From an uncultured Gammaproteobacteria bacterium (GTDB lineage: Bacteria > Patescibacteriota > Microgenomatia > Levybacterales > UBA12049), in the NCBI GenBank assembly GCA_964408485.1, contig CAYOZJ010000001.1:28366-92365 (forward strand): a stretch of DNA of 64,000 nucleotides. Direction: 5' to 3'. Under the pieces are notes generated by a model, which worked only from the letters and a program-made list of their open reading frames with translations, had not been told where the DNA came from and did not search any database. Shown here piece by piece: positions 34,596 through 46,312 of this stretch (positions within the stretch are counted from its first letter, which is position 1; each line of letters begins with the position of its first letter). The position numbers and the translations under genes are program-made.

Positions 34596-35675
34596 TTATC
34601 CAACCATTCGAAGTAATTCGTCAGGATGCAAGCTGTAGGATTTTGCTGTATCAAGACTAATTGCTCCTGACAAGACGAGTTGAGAAAGAGAATTGTCTAA
34701 AGCAATCATGCCAACATCTTGTGACGTTTGAATAATTGAGTCTATAAGATGCGTTTTGCCATCTCGTACGTTACTTGCAACTGCTGGTGTCCCAACAAGT
34801 ATCTCAACTGCGGGAATTCGTCCTCCAGAGATTTGAGGAATAAGCCTTTGCGAAATAATGCCCTTTAACGTAAAGGAAAGTTGTGTACGAATTTGAGACT
34901 GTTGGTGCTCTGGAAAACTATCAATTATTCTATCAATTGACTGTGATGCAGAATTTGTATGCAAGGTAGATAAAACCAAATGACCAGTCTCAGCAATTGT
35001 CATTGCAGCAGCCATTGTGTCCGGATCTCGCATTTCTCCAATTAAGACAACGTCTGGATCTTCACGAAGAGCACTTCTGAGAGCCATTGTCCATGAATGA
35101 GTATCTGTCTTCATTTCGCGCTGAGAAATGATACTTTTCCCATTTGGATAAACATATTCAATTGGGTCTTCAATAGTTAATATATGACTACTTCTCGTCA
35201 TATTAATTTCATTAATCATTGAGGCAAGCGTTGTTGATTTTCCTTGTCCTGTTGGGCCAGTTACCAAAATAAATCCTTGACGTAGATTAGCGAAGTTATG
35301 ACAAATTCTTGGTAAATGTAAATCTTCGATTGTTTTGATTGTTTTGGGCAAAAAACGGAAAGCAGCACATAATTGACCTCTTTGGTAATATGCATTCACA
35401 CGAAATCTTCCTAGGTCTCCATAAATTCCTCCACCATATGGCATGGAAAAATCAAGCTCTTTATTTGCTACTAATAAATCTTTTTGCTCAGCAGAGAGCA
35501 AAGTAAAAAGCATACTCGTCACACTTTCCGAACTTAACGCTGCAATCGATGCAACATAGGAAAGGGCACCATCAACACGAATTGCTGGAGGAAGTCCAGG
35601 CAATAAATGCAAATCTGATGCATTACTTTTAACGACTAATTCTAATAATTGTTGTAAATCCATAAGTTCGATCAT
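34596..35675 (-). CDS. pilT: twitching-motility (retraction) ATPase PilT
   Basis: Walker A GPTGQGKSTT, Asp box and His box of PilT/GspE ATPases. Length of about 360 aa is typical of PilT. Confidence 0.9.
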   Translation of the reverse strand: MIELMDLQQLLELVVKSNASDLHLLPGLPPAIRVDGALSYVASIAALSSESVTSMLFTLLSAEQKDLLVANKELDFSMPYGGGIYGDLGRFRVNAYYQRGQLCAAFRFLPKTIKTIEDLHLPRICHNFANLRQGFILVTGPTGQGKSTTLASMINEINMTRSSHILTIEDPIEYVYPNGKSIISQREMKTDTHSWTMALRSALREDPDVVLIGEMRDPDTMAAAMTIAETGHLVLSTLHTNSASQSIDRIIDSFPEHQQSQIRTQLSFTLKGIISQRLIPQISGGRIPAVEILVGTPAVASNVRDGKTHLIDSIIQTSQDVGMIALDNSLSQLVLSGAISLDTAKSYSLHPDELLRMVG

Positions 35676-35752
35676 CGCCTATCGCAAATAGGTAATCGAT
35701 ATAATTTATTAAAACACAAACTATTACCGATAAGCCATATGCGATATGCCCA

Positions 35753-37594
35753 TCATTCCTGCGCAACGCGCAAAACCTCTTCAATTGTTGTTACTCCCGC
35801 GAGTGCTTTAAGATATCCATCTTGTTTCATTGTTATCATTCCTTCTGCAGTTGCTTGCTTTACGATTGTTTCCGCATCTGCTCGCTGCAAAATAAGATGA
35901 GCAATTTTTTCGGTTACTGTAAGGACTTCAAAAATACCAACTCGGCCAATGTATCCTGAGTCACCGCATTGATTACATCCTTTTCCTTTATAGAGCTTTA
36001 CCTCGCCAGTTGGCATAATCGGTCCCAGATTTGTTTTAATCTCCTCAACAAGCTGAGCAGCTGGAATATAGGATTCCTTACAGGTATCACAAATTTTTCT
36101 AACAATTCTTTGTCCCATAACGGCAGTAATTGTTGAAGCAAGTAAAAATGTCTCTGCGCCTAAATCAATAAGACGAGGGAGAGCACCCGATGCATCGGAG
36201 GTATGAAGGGTGGAGAAGACCAAATGGCCAGTGAGTGCCGCTTGGATAGCCAAATCCGTTGTCTCACCGTCTCGGATTTCTCCAACAAGAATAATATTTG
36301 GATCCTGACGAAGAAAACTACGTAATCCGTCAGCAAACGTTAATCCGACAGCTGGATTAATTTGTACTTGATTTACTCCCTGTATTTCATATTCGACCGG
36401 ATCCTCAAGTGACACAATATTTACGCGCGTTGTATTAAGTTTTGCAAGCACAGCATACAGCGTCGTTGTTTTTCCTGATCCCGTAGGTCCGCAAACAAGA
36501 ATAATGCCATGGGGCCGAAGAATTGCTGTCTCCAACGCCTTAAGAGACAATCCGTTAAGTCCGAGTTCTGGCAAAGTTGGGATACCACCTGATTTTCGAA
36601 GAAGTCTCATCACAATTTTTTCACCGTGTACTGTTGGAAGGACAGAAATACGAAGATCAACTTCTTGATTACCAACTTTAAAATTAAACCTGCCGTCTTG
36701 TGGCATGCGATGCTCATCGATTTTCATTTCCGACAAAACCTTAATACGGGAAATAACTGCTTCTTGTACTGTTTTAGGAAGACTCAACCGGTCATACAAA
36801 ATACCATCAATACGGTATCTCACCCGTACCCTGTCATCCATTGGTTCTATGTGCACATCAGATGCGCGGGAATTTACTGCATACTCAAGAATCGTTGCCA
36901 CAATTTTTGCAATTGGCGCTTCTTTAATAATTTGACCAATCTGGCTACTATCAACTGTTTTAGTTGTATTTTCTTGCTTTAGTGCTTCTGTTTCTTTAAC
37001 AGCTCTCCCAACTTCTCCAACTAATTCTTGTCTGTACTGCGCATTAATTGCATTCTTCACGTCTGTTGGTGTTGAGGCAAAAGTTTTTATGGTAAGTCCT
37101 GTTTTTTGTTGAATAAAGGAAAGTGCATCCAAATCTGCTGGGTTACTCATAGCAACCGAGAGAATTTTCGTCTTATCATCGTAAAGAAATGGAATCAGCT
37201 GAAACCGCTCAACAACGGCACGCGGAATAAAACTTAATGCTTCTGGAGAAAAGGATGCTGTTGCTAAATTAATGTAGGGGACACCAAGCATTTGCGCTTT
37301 GGCCTCAGCAATTTTTGCCTCATCCACTATATGCATTTCATCTAATACTTCGTCCGTTGATCTATTCGTTGTTGCGCTTTTTAATTTTATATCGTCATAT
37401 TGCTCTTTGGTAAGCAAATTTTCTCTGAATAATAAATCAGTAACACTCTCTCCAATAGTAGCTGAGACAGGAGGAGCAGGTTGTACCACTACTGAAGGAT
37501 TAAGAACAGGAGCAGCACCTCCGGCAGAAGAGGGAACAACTGGCACATTTGTTCCAACAGGTTGTGCCTGCGGAACGACTTGCTGATCGGGCAT
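35753..37594 (-). CDS. pilB: type IV pilus assembly ATPase PilB (GspE family)
   Basis: Walker A GPTGSGKTTT, N-terminal GspE_N domain, tetracysteine zinc motif CDTC...CNQC. Confidence 0.9.
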   Translation of the reverse strand: MPDQQVVPQAQPVGTNVPVVPSSAGGAAPVLNPSVVVQPAPPVSATIGESVTDLLFRENLLTKEQYDDIKLKSATTNRSTDEVLDEMHIVDEAKIAEAKAQMLGVPYINLATASFSPEALSFIPRAVVERFQLIPFLYDDKTKILSVAMSNPADLDALSFIQQKTGLTIKTFASTPTDVKNAINAQYRQELVGEVGRAVKETEALKQENTTKTVDSSQIGQIIKEAPIAKIVATILEYAVNSRASDVHIEPMDDRVRVRYRIDGILYDRLSLPKTVQEAVISRIKVLSEMKIDEHRMPQDGRFNFKVGNQEVDLRISVLPTVHGEKIVMRLLRKSGGIPTLPELGLNGLSLKALETAILRPHGIILVCGPTGSGKTTTLYAVLAKLNTTRVNIVSLEDPVEYEIQGVNQVQINPAVGLTFADGLRSFLRQDPNIILVGEIRDGETTDLAIQAALTGHLVFSTLHTSDASGALPRLIDLGAETFLLASTITAVMGQRIVRKICDTCKESYIPAAQLVEEIKTNLGPIMPTGEVKLYKGKGCNQCGDSGYIGRVGIFEVLTVTEKIAHLILQRADAETIVKQATAEGMITMKQDGYLKALAGVTTIEEVLRVAQE

Positions 37595-37649
37595 TACTTT
37601 TATAATAGGCGCTCCTGCGTTATACTGTCAAGGAAGGAGTGGAAAAATG

Positions 37650-37765
37650 AGCGAGTGACGAAGACCCCTCGTTATCGCTCTTTGAGCTGACGTACGAATA
37701 GTACTGAAGTCCGATTTAATCGGACTGAAAAGGCGAAAAGGAAGATTAGTGGGGTCAAGGAAGGA
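37650..37765 (+). repeat. about 115-nt conserved intergenic element (family C, copy 1)
   Basis: GAGCGAGTG...CGAATAGTACTGAAGTCCGATTTAATCGGACTGAAAAGGCGAAAAGG...GGGGTCAAGG shares extended similarity with 62768-62900. It contains the hairpin TCCGATTTAATCGGA. Confidence 0.55.
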
Positions 37766-37768
37766 TGT

Positions 37769-38425
37769 ATGCAAAGTTTTATTATTGCTTCCCGCAACAC
37801 AGAAAAAAGAAAAGACTATATAGAAAGTTTTTGCACCAGCAAATCTATTAGCCAATTTGACAAGCACTATATACAACCTGGAGAAAATTCCTTTGGTATT
37901 ACCGAAATCAGAAATGTTCAAAAAACAGCATTCCTTCGTCCACAAAAAGGAAGTGAGAAAGCAATTATTTTGGAGAATGCCCAAAAGCTTACTACAGAGG
38001 CCCAAAACGCATTACTCAAAATGCTGGAAGAACCTCCTACAAATACCTATATTTTCTTGTCTGCAACAACAGAGAATTTCTTTCTTCCAACTATCCTCTC
38101 ACGATGCAAGCTGATTATATTGCCAGAACAAGACACTACGATTTCTGATGAAGAAAAAGAGATACTACACAGTCAGATACAAATTATGACAACAGGTACT
38201 GTTGGCGATAAATTATATCTTGCTGAAAAGGTAGCAGGGGAGAAGGAGAAAATAGGGGAGTGGTTACGAGAAATCGTACTCCTTCTTCGAGACAACATGC
38301 TCGAAGATCCAAAGAATGCTACATATCCTAATTTTATTGTACAAATGCAGGAAGCGAGTAAGTTTTTCCAAACAACAAATGTCGCCCCACGAGTATTACT
38401 TGAGCATACATTTCTTTCTCTATGA
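37769..38425 (+). CDS. holB: DNA polymerase III delta' subunit-like (short)
   Basis: AQNALLKMLEEPP and TILSRC motifs of clamp-loader delta'. Reduced length of 218 aa. Confidence 0.7.
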   Translation: MQSFIIASRNTEKRKDYIESFCTSKSISQFDKHYIQPGENSFGITEIRNVQKTAFLRPQKGSEKAIILENAQKLTTEAQNALLKMLEEPPTNTYIFLSATTENFFLPTILSRCKLIILPEQDTTISDEEKEILHSQIQIMTTGTVGDKLYLAEKVAGEKEKIGEWLREIVLLLRDNMLEDPKNATYPNFIVQMQEASKFFQTTNVAPRVLLEHTFLSL

Positions 38426-39099
38426 AATTTAATGATCCAATACTGCAGGAGTTAGTCAAAAAATATCCTGCGCCAAAATTTGAAGACCGGACAGGAAAAC
38501 TTTATGAAGAATTGGTTGAATCTATTATTTCCCAACAACTATCTGTCAAAGCATCAGATACTATATATAAGCGGTTTAAGGACTTATTTAAACCTGTCAT
38601 TGCGAACAGTGCGCGACCCCTCGGCGAAGATAGTCCCGAGTCGGGAAAGCAATCTAATACAAATAACGAGATTGCCGCGTCGTCTTCGACTCCTCGCAAT
38701 GACGCCTTCCCATCGCCTCAACAAGTTCTTGCCATGTCGGACGAACTTCTTCGAACAGCAGGTATTTCTTTTCAAAAAATTTCCTATATAAAAAGTGTTG
38801 CCGATGCTTTTATTTCCGATTTAATTGATGTTGAAAAAATAAAGAAAATGACTAATGATGAAGTGATTGAGACACTTACCCAAATTCGGGGAGTAGGGAA
38901 GTGGACTGCAGAAATGACTCTTATTTTTACACTCAAAAAACCTGATGTATTTTCTTTGGGAGACTTAGGTCTTCGCAATGCAATTACCAAGCTGTATGGA
39001 ATAACAGATCAAAAGAAAATGCTTGAGTTATCTGAAACCTGGAAACCTTTTAGAAGTTATGCGTGTTGGTATTTGTGGAGAAGTCTGGAGAATAGTTAA
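38422..39099 (+). CDS. HhH-GPD superfamily DNA glycosylase (AlkA/3-methyladenine glycosylase II-like)
   Basis: Helix-hairpin-helix GVGKWTAEM followed by a catalytic Asp. Contains a 108-nt in-frame repeat insertion at 38596-38703. Confidence 0.7.
   Translation: MKFNDPILQELVKKYPAPKFEDRTGKLYEELVESIISQQLSVKASDTIYKRFKDLFKPVIANSARPLGEDSPESGKQSNTNNEIAASSSTPRNDAFPSPQQVLAMSDELLRTAGISFQKISYIKSVADAFISDLIDVEKIKKMTNDEVIETLTQIRGVGKWTAEMTLIFTLKKPDVFSLGDLGLRNAITKLYGITDQKKMLELSETWKPFRSYACWYLWRSLENS
38596..38703. repeat. composite hairpin repeat inserted in-frame within the HhH-GPD glycosylase gene (108 nt, 36 codons)
   Basis: GTCATTGCGAAC...GGGAAAGCAATC plus TAATACAAATAACGA plus GATTGCCGCGTCGTCTTCGACTCCTCGCAATGAC. 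The 33-nt second unit is identical to the recG copy. Encodes ...ARPLGEDSPESGKQSNTNNEIAASSSTPRNDA.... Confidence 0.75.
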
Positions 39100-39446
39100 C
39101 CTTGTTGCTGTGGAGCTTGTGGTTCAGTTGCTAAGCGCGTTGCCCTATTGACTCTCCACCTTGAAGCTGCTTCTTCTGCATTGTTTCCGTGAAGAATTTC
39201 GTCACCCTTAGATTTTGCGGTAGATGCACCAACAATTGCTGCCACCGGAATAAGAGGATGAACAACAACTGAAACAAGACCAATTATTATGGTTGCTCTT
39301 GTTCTTCCTGGAGTCCTACGTCTTGCTGCATCTGATAAAGCTTTTTCTCTACGATATTCTTCTGCTGCAGCATTTTCATCAAGAAGGAGTTGAACTCCTG
39401 CGGGTAACTTTGCTCTTTCGGAAAGTGATGTAGATCCTTTTTTCAT
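39096..39446 (-). CDS. hypothetical membrane-anchored protein (116 aa)
   Basis: ORF with one hydrophobic segment. No family recognised. Confidence 0.4.
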   Translation of the reverse strand: MKKGSTSLSERAKLPAGVQLLLDENAAAEEYRREKALSDAARRRTPGRTRATIIIGLVSVVVHPLIPVAAIVGASTAKSKGDEILHGNNAEEAASRWRVNRATRLATEPQAPQQQG

Positions 39447-39540
39447 CTATTTATTTTTTATCAACTTATAGTGATTTTGTCAAGTAAGAAAAATGCTTAA
39501 AGGGAGTACAAATCTCTGTTACAAAAACAGATTACTATAG

Positions 39541-41526
<1,986 letters not shown>

Positions 41527-41665
41527 GTATCATGTATTAAGTATCACGTAGTGTGTACACATTTTCATAATACGTAATACTTGCTACATACTACATCTTG
41601 ATCATGTAGATAAGCAGTAGGTTGCAAAAGAACTATAATATATATATTATAAGAGGAATAAAACT

Positions 41666-42205
41666 ATGCCAGACTTTAATAAAATATTAACACCAGGAAA
41701 AGTAGATGAGGGAATGGTAAATGCAATTGTTGATATTCCGGAGGGTTCTTCTTTAAAAATTGAATATGACCGCGAGCATGGTATGTTTGTGTTAGACAGA
41801 GTAGAACCAGATATTTTTGCAAAACCAGTTAATTATGGTTTTATCCCGGCGACAAAAGATACAGATGGAGACGAATTAGACGTCTTATTGGTAACAGATG
41901 AACCAATCCCAACAGGGACATTGGTACATAGTAAAGTAGTGGGTATTTTTAACTTTGAAGACGATGGGGAAATGGATTACAAAATTGTCTGTGTCCCAGA
42001 AGACGACAGAAATACTGGAGACAGTATTAATTCCCTTGATGATTTAGGTAAACGCTGGCAGCAAAAAATTGAATTCCACTTTGCACACTACAAAGATCTT
42101 AAAAAACCAGGGACAACCAAAGTCTTAGGATGGGGAGATGTTGAAGAAGCAAAAAAAATTATTCATGAGTGCATAGAGCGCTTCCAGAATGAAGGATTTA
42201 AGTAG
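41666..42205 (+). CDS. ppa: inorganic pyrophosphatase (family I)
   Basis: DGDELDVLL and EYDREHG motifs. Sits between gyrB and gyrA. Confidence 0.95.
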   Translation: MPDFNKILTPGKVDEGMVNAIVDIPEGSSLKIEYDREHGMFVLDRVEPDIFAKPVNYGFIPATKDTDGDELDVLLVTDEPIPTGTLVHSKVVGIFNFEDDGEMDYKIVCVPEDDRNTGDSINSLDDLGKRWQQKIEFHFAHYKDLKKPGTTKVLGWGDVEEAKKIIHECIERFQNEGFK

Positions 42206-42335
42206 TAGACGATAGATGATTGATAATAGAAGATGGGTTTGGAAAATAGAAAATTGTTTGTAGAACTTCTACCTTCAATCTTCTAGCTTCTACCACTACT
42301 TTCTATAATCTATTTTCTATCGTCAAATATTTTAT

Positions 42336-44867
42336 ATGGCAGATATAGGCCAATTACAAAAAGCTGAATTAACATTTGAAATGAAACGGGCGTATTTGGA
42401 TTACGCCATGTCTGTTATTGTTGATCGCGCACTTCCAGACGTGAGAGATGGCCTTAAACCAGTCCATCGTCGCATTTTGTATGCAATGAGCGAGATGGGA
42501 CTGGACCACTCCAGCAAATACAAAAAGTCCGCAACTGTTGTTGGAGAAGTGCTCGGAAAATACCATCCACATGGAGACGTACCAGTGTATGATGCAATGG
42601 TTCGTTTGGCTCAAGAATTTTCACTTCGGTATCCGCTTATTGACGGACAAGGAAACTTTGGATCACTTGACGGCGACCCACCAGCAGCCATGCGTTATAC
42701 TGAGGCACGAATGGCAGCAATTGCATCTGAAATGCTGTGGGATTTAGATAAAGAAACAGTAGACACAAGACCAAATTTTGATTCTTCAAGGCAAGAACCT
42801 ATCTATTTACCAGCAAAATTACCAAATCTCCTTCTTGCCGGTGCAGAAGGTATTGCAGTTGGCATGGCAACCAAAATTCCCCCACATAATTTGTCTGAGG
42901 TAATTGATGCAATTCATGCAATGATTGCCAAAACAAAAATTACAAAAGTGGGATTAAAAGAGGGAGAAAAAGAATCTTCCCAAAACGGCGCAAAAGGAAC
43001 TCATTCTTCAACAGACCAAATAACACTCACCACAGACATTACTATTGAAGAACTCCTCGAACATATTAAAGGCCCTGATTTCCCAACGAGAGGAATGATT
43101 TATGACATTACAGAAATTCGAAATCTTTATACAACGGGTAAGGGTAAAATTATTATTCGCGGCAAGGCAGAAATTGAAGAAATAGGACAGGGAAAAAGTG
43201 CAATTATTATTACCGAGCTGCCATACCAAGTAAATAAAGCGCTTCTTGTTGCAAGAATTGCCGATTTGGCAAAAGAGAAAAAAGTAGAGGGCATTTCAGA
43301 TTTACGAGATGAATCAGATAGACACGGTCTTCGAGTAGTTATTGAGCTTAAGCGAGATGCAGCGCCAAAAAAAGTACTCAATAATCTTTACAAGAATACA
43401 GCACTCCAAACCTCTTTCCCAGGAAATGTCGTAGCACTTGTTAATGGCACACCTCAGACTCTTACCCTTAAAGCAATTTTAGAAGAATACCTTAAGCACC
43501 GATTTATTGTTATTACAAGGCGATCTGAATTTGAGCTTCGCCAAGCAAAAGCAAGGCTTCATATTTTAGAAGGACTCAAAATTGCAGTAGACCATATTGA
43601 TGCAGTCATTAAGACAATTCGTGAATCAAAAGACCAGGAAGAAGCAAAGAAAAACTTAATGGAAAAGTTTAAATTATCAGAGCTTCAATCAACAGCAATC
43701 TTAGATATGCAACTCAGACGCCTCGCAGCACTTGAGCGGCAAAAGATTGAAGATGAGTTGCTTATGATTAAAGAAACAATTGCTTATATAGAAGACTTAC
43801 TCGCACATCCTGAGAAAATTCTTAAAGTAGTTGGAGAAGAATTAACACACCTGAAAGAAAAATATGGAGACGAAAGACGTACCAAAGTGTACAAAGGAAA
43901 AGTCGATGAATTCTCTGAAGAAGATTTAATTCCTAATGAGCCAACCGTAATTACTATTACCAACACAGGATACATAAAACGCCAATCAACCAATTCATTC
44001 CATACACAAAATAGAGGAGGGAAGGGAATTAAAGGCATGACAACAAAAGAAGAAGATGACATTATGAATATTCGCTATGCTCAGACCCATGATAATTTGC
44101 TTTTCTTTACCAATAAAGGAAAGGTATTCCAGCTAAAAGCATATGAAATTGCAGAATCTTCTCGCACCAGTAAGGGTAGTGCAATTGTTAACTTACTTAA
44201 TATAGAAGCAGGGGAGAAGATTGAGTCATTTATTAATTATCAGGGCAAATTAAAAGACACGTATGTATTCCTGACAACTCGAAATGGGACAGTTAAAAAA
44301 TCAAAAGTCAGTGAATTTGAAAATATTAGGAAAAGTGGCATTGTTGCGATAAAATTAGATAAAGGAGACGAATTAGTATGGAGCACCTTAACATCTGATG
44401 ATGATGAGATACTTCTTGTTACAAAAGAAGGAAAGGCAATTCGATTTAATGAAAAACAAGTACGTGCAATGGGAAGAGCAACACAAGGAGTACGGGGAGT
44501 TAAAATAAATGCAACCGATGAAGTGATTAGTATGGATATTGTCCATCACGACGACAAAGATGCAGTACTTTTTACTATTATGGAAAATGGATTAGGCAAG
44601 AAAACACTTGCTAGTGAATTTAGAGGCCAAACACGAGGTGGCATGGGAGTAAAAGTTGCTAATGTTACCGAGAAAACAGGAAAAGTAGCCGTGTCACAGA
44701 TTGTTCCACCAAATTGCACAAGTGTTATTATTACATCCAAAAAGGGACAGGTAGTACAGCTTGAGTTAAAATCTATTCCCAAGCTTTCCCGCGCAACACA
44801 AGGCGTTATCTTAATGCGATTTAGTAAATCCGGCGATCACGTTGCCTCAGCAACCTGCGTAGAATAA
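42336..44867 (+). CDS. gyrA: DNA gyrase subunit A
   Basis: [28 protein letters not shown] catalytic Tyr region and a C-terminal beta-pinwheel repeat domain. Confidence 0.95.
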   Translation: MADIGQLQKAELTFEMKRAYLDYAMSVIVDRALPDVRDGLKPVHRRILYAMSEMGLDHSSKYKKSATVVGEVLGKYHPHGDVPVYDAMVRLAQEFSLRYPLIDGQGNFGSLDGDPPAAMRYTEARMAAIASEMLWDLDKETVDTRPNFDSSRQEPIYLPAKLPNLLLAGAEGIAVGMATKIPPHNLSEVIDAIHAMIAKTKITKVGLKEGEKESSQNGAKGTHSSTDQITLTTDITIEELLEHIKGPDFPTRGMIYDITEIRNLYTTGKGKIIIRGKAEIEEIGQGKSAIIITELPYQVNKALLVARIADLAKEKKVEGISDLRDESDRHGLRVVIELKRDAAPKKVLNNLYKNTALQTSFPGNVVALVNGTPQTLTLKAILEEYLKHRFIVITRRSEFELRQAKARLHILEGLKIAVDHIDAVIKTIRESKDQEEAKKNLMEKFKLSELQSTAILDMQLRRLAALERQKIEDELLMIKETIAYIEDLLAHPEKILKVVGEELTHLKEKYGDERRTKVYKGKVDEFSEEDLIPNEPTVITITNTGYIKRQSTNSFHTQNRGGKGIKGMTTKEEDDIMNIRYAQTHDNLLFFTNKGKVFQLKAYEIAESSRTSKGSAIVNLLNIEAGEKIESFINYQGKLKDTYVFLTTRNGTVKKSKVSEFENIRKSGIVAIKLDKGDELVWSTLTSDDDEILLVTKEGKAIRFNEKQVRAMGRATQGVRGVKINATDEVISMDIVHHDDKDAVLFTIMENGLGKKTLASEFRGQTRGGMGVKVANVTEKTGKVAVSQIVPPNCTSVIITSKKGQVVQLELKSIPKLSRATQGVILMRFSKSGDHVASATCVE

Positions 44868-44911
44868 CTACTTGATTTTATTTTATTTGCTCTTTATAAT
44901 CCTTACTTAAT

Positions 44912-45175
44912 ATGTCAGGACAACAAGGATCAAGAAGAAACCCCTCGGGAAGACCAACCCCCGCTCAAGATGAAATCTTAGATATGGCTAGATCAAGAGG
45001 AACGTTTGACTTACGCGTATTAAGAGAAGAAGCAAACCTTCGTGAGTTATCAATTCCTTATGAGGGAGCATTGAGAAGACTTGCAGAAAATCAAGGAGTC
45101 GAGGTCAAGGGTAACAAAAAATGGCGTTCAGATCTAGAGAAAAAACTCCAAAGCAAACCAGCGGAATCTGAATAA
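44912..45175 (+). CDS. small hypothetical protein (87 aa)
   Basis: Intact ORF, basic. No family recognised. Confidence 0.4.
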   Translation: MSGQQGSRRNPSGRPTPAQDEILDMARSRGTFDLRVLREEANLRELSIPYEGALRRLAENQGVEVKGNKKWRSDLEKKLQSKPAESE

Positions 45176-45198
45176 AGAAATTTTGCTATAATAGCCTC

Positions 45199-46053
45199 AT
45201 GTTGTTAGATGGAAAAACAGTTGCCAATTATATTCTTGCTGGACTTATCGAGCGTGTAGATTTGCTGCAAGAGCAAAATATTCAGCCTCACTTGGCTGTT
45301 ATTCAAGTTGGGGAAAATCCCGAATCCACTTCTTATATTGTCCAGAAAGAAAAAAAAGCTAGAGAAATTGGTGTAGTTGTAAGCGTTTATAATCATCCAG
45401 AGGATATATCTCAGGAAAAGTTACAAGAAACAATTGATTTTCTACAAAAAGACGGCACAATTCATGGCATTATCTTGCAGCTACCCATTCCAAAAAGTCT
45501 TGACGCACAAAAACTTATTGATTCAATTCCACCAGAAAAAGATGTTGATGGATTTGTACCCAACTCACCATTTATTGTCCCCATTGCTGCCGCAATTATG
45601 AAGCTCTTGGAGGTGCCAATGATGAAAGAAGCACTAACAACAGGAGAATCCTTTAACGAATGGCTTTTATCCAAGCAGATTGTTGTTATGGGAAAAGGGA
45701 CAACAGGAGGAATGCCAATTATTCAAGAACTTCAAAAAAGAGGAGTCGAGCCTATTGTCATTGATTCAAAGACACAAAACCCAACAGAAGCAACAAAACG
45801 CGCAGATATTATTATAACCGCTGTTGGCAAACCTGGAATTTTAACAAGAGATATGATTAAAGAGGACGCTATCCTTCTAAATGTTGGCATGACAAGGGAA
45901 GGTGACGGCAAGTTTGTTGGAGATTACACTGAAGAAGACATAAAGGATATTGCTGGGTGGTACAGCCCAACTCCAGGCGGCGTTGGACCGGTTAATGTGG
46001 CATGTTTACTCGAAAATGTTGTAATAGCTGCAGAGAAAACATCTTCAAATTGA
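45199..46053 (+). CDS. folD: bifunctional methylene-THF dehydrogenase/methenyl-THF cyclohydrolase
   Basis: N-terminal catalytic and C-terminal NAD(P)-binding domains (GKGTTGGMPI..., PGGVGPVNVACLLEN). Confidence 0.9.
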   Translation: MLLDGKTVANYILAGLIERVDLLQEQNIQPHLAVIQVGENPESTSYIVQKEKKAREIGVVVSVYNHPEDISQEKLQETIDFLQKDGTIHGIILQLPIPKSLDAQKLIDSIPPEKDVDGFVPNSPFIVPIAAAIMKLLEVPMMKEALTTGESFNEWLLSKQIVVMGKGTTGGMPIIQELQKRGVEPIVIDSKTQNPTEATKRADIIITAVGKPGILTRDMIKEDAILLNVGMTREGDGKFVGDYTEEDIKDIAGWYSPTPGGVGPVNVACLLENVVIAAEKTSSN

Positions 46054-46081
46054 CAAAGAAAATACAATTTCCATTTTCTTT

Positions 46082-46106
46082 GTCATCCTGAGCAAAGCGA
46101 AGGATC
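46082..46106. repeat. hairpin repeat unit GTCATCCTGAGCAAAGCGAAGGATC
   Basis: Family A unit just after folD, followed by a promoter-like TTGACA-N18-CATAAT at 46149-46178 and two intrinsic terminators at about 46186-46216 and 46253-46280. Confidence 0.6.
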
Positions 46107-46312
46107 TCTCATCAATTGTAAGAATCTAATGAAGAAAAGGTAAGTACTTGACAGAATTTCCATTGTTGTATCATAATTAAACTCCAGAGACATATGAAAT
46201 ACTCTGGTTTTTTTGAAGCTAAGAAGCTCTTTATTATTAATAAGACGAAGTATCAAACGCCCACACAGGCGTTTTTTTTTGACATTTTTGCAGCCTACCA
46301 GCTGCATTTTTA

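Noticed and set aside
36626-36982. Plus-strand ORFs antisense to pilB and other antisense ORFs throughout (for example 22605..23036, 25198..25545, 53541..53925)
   Set aside because: They overlap confidently identified genes on the opposite strand and show no independent coding signal.
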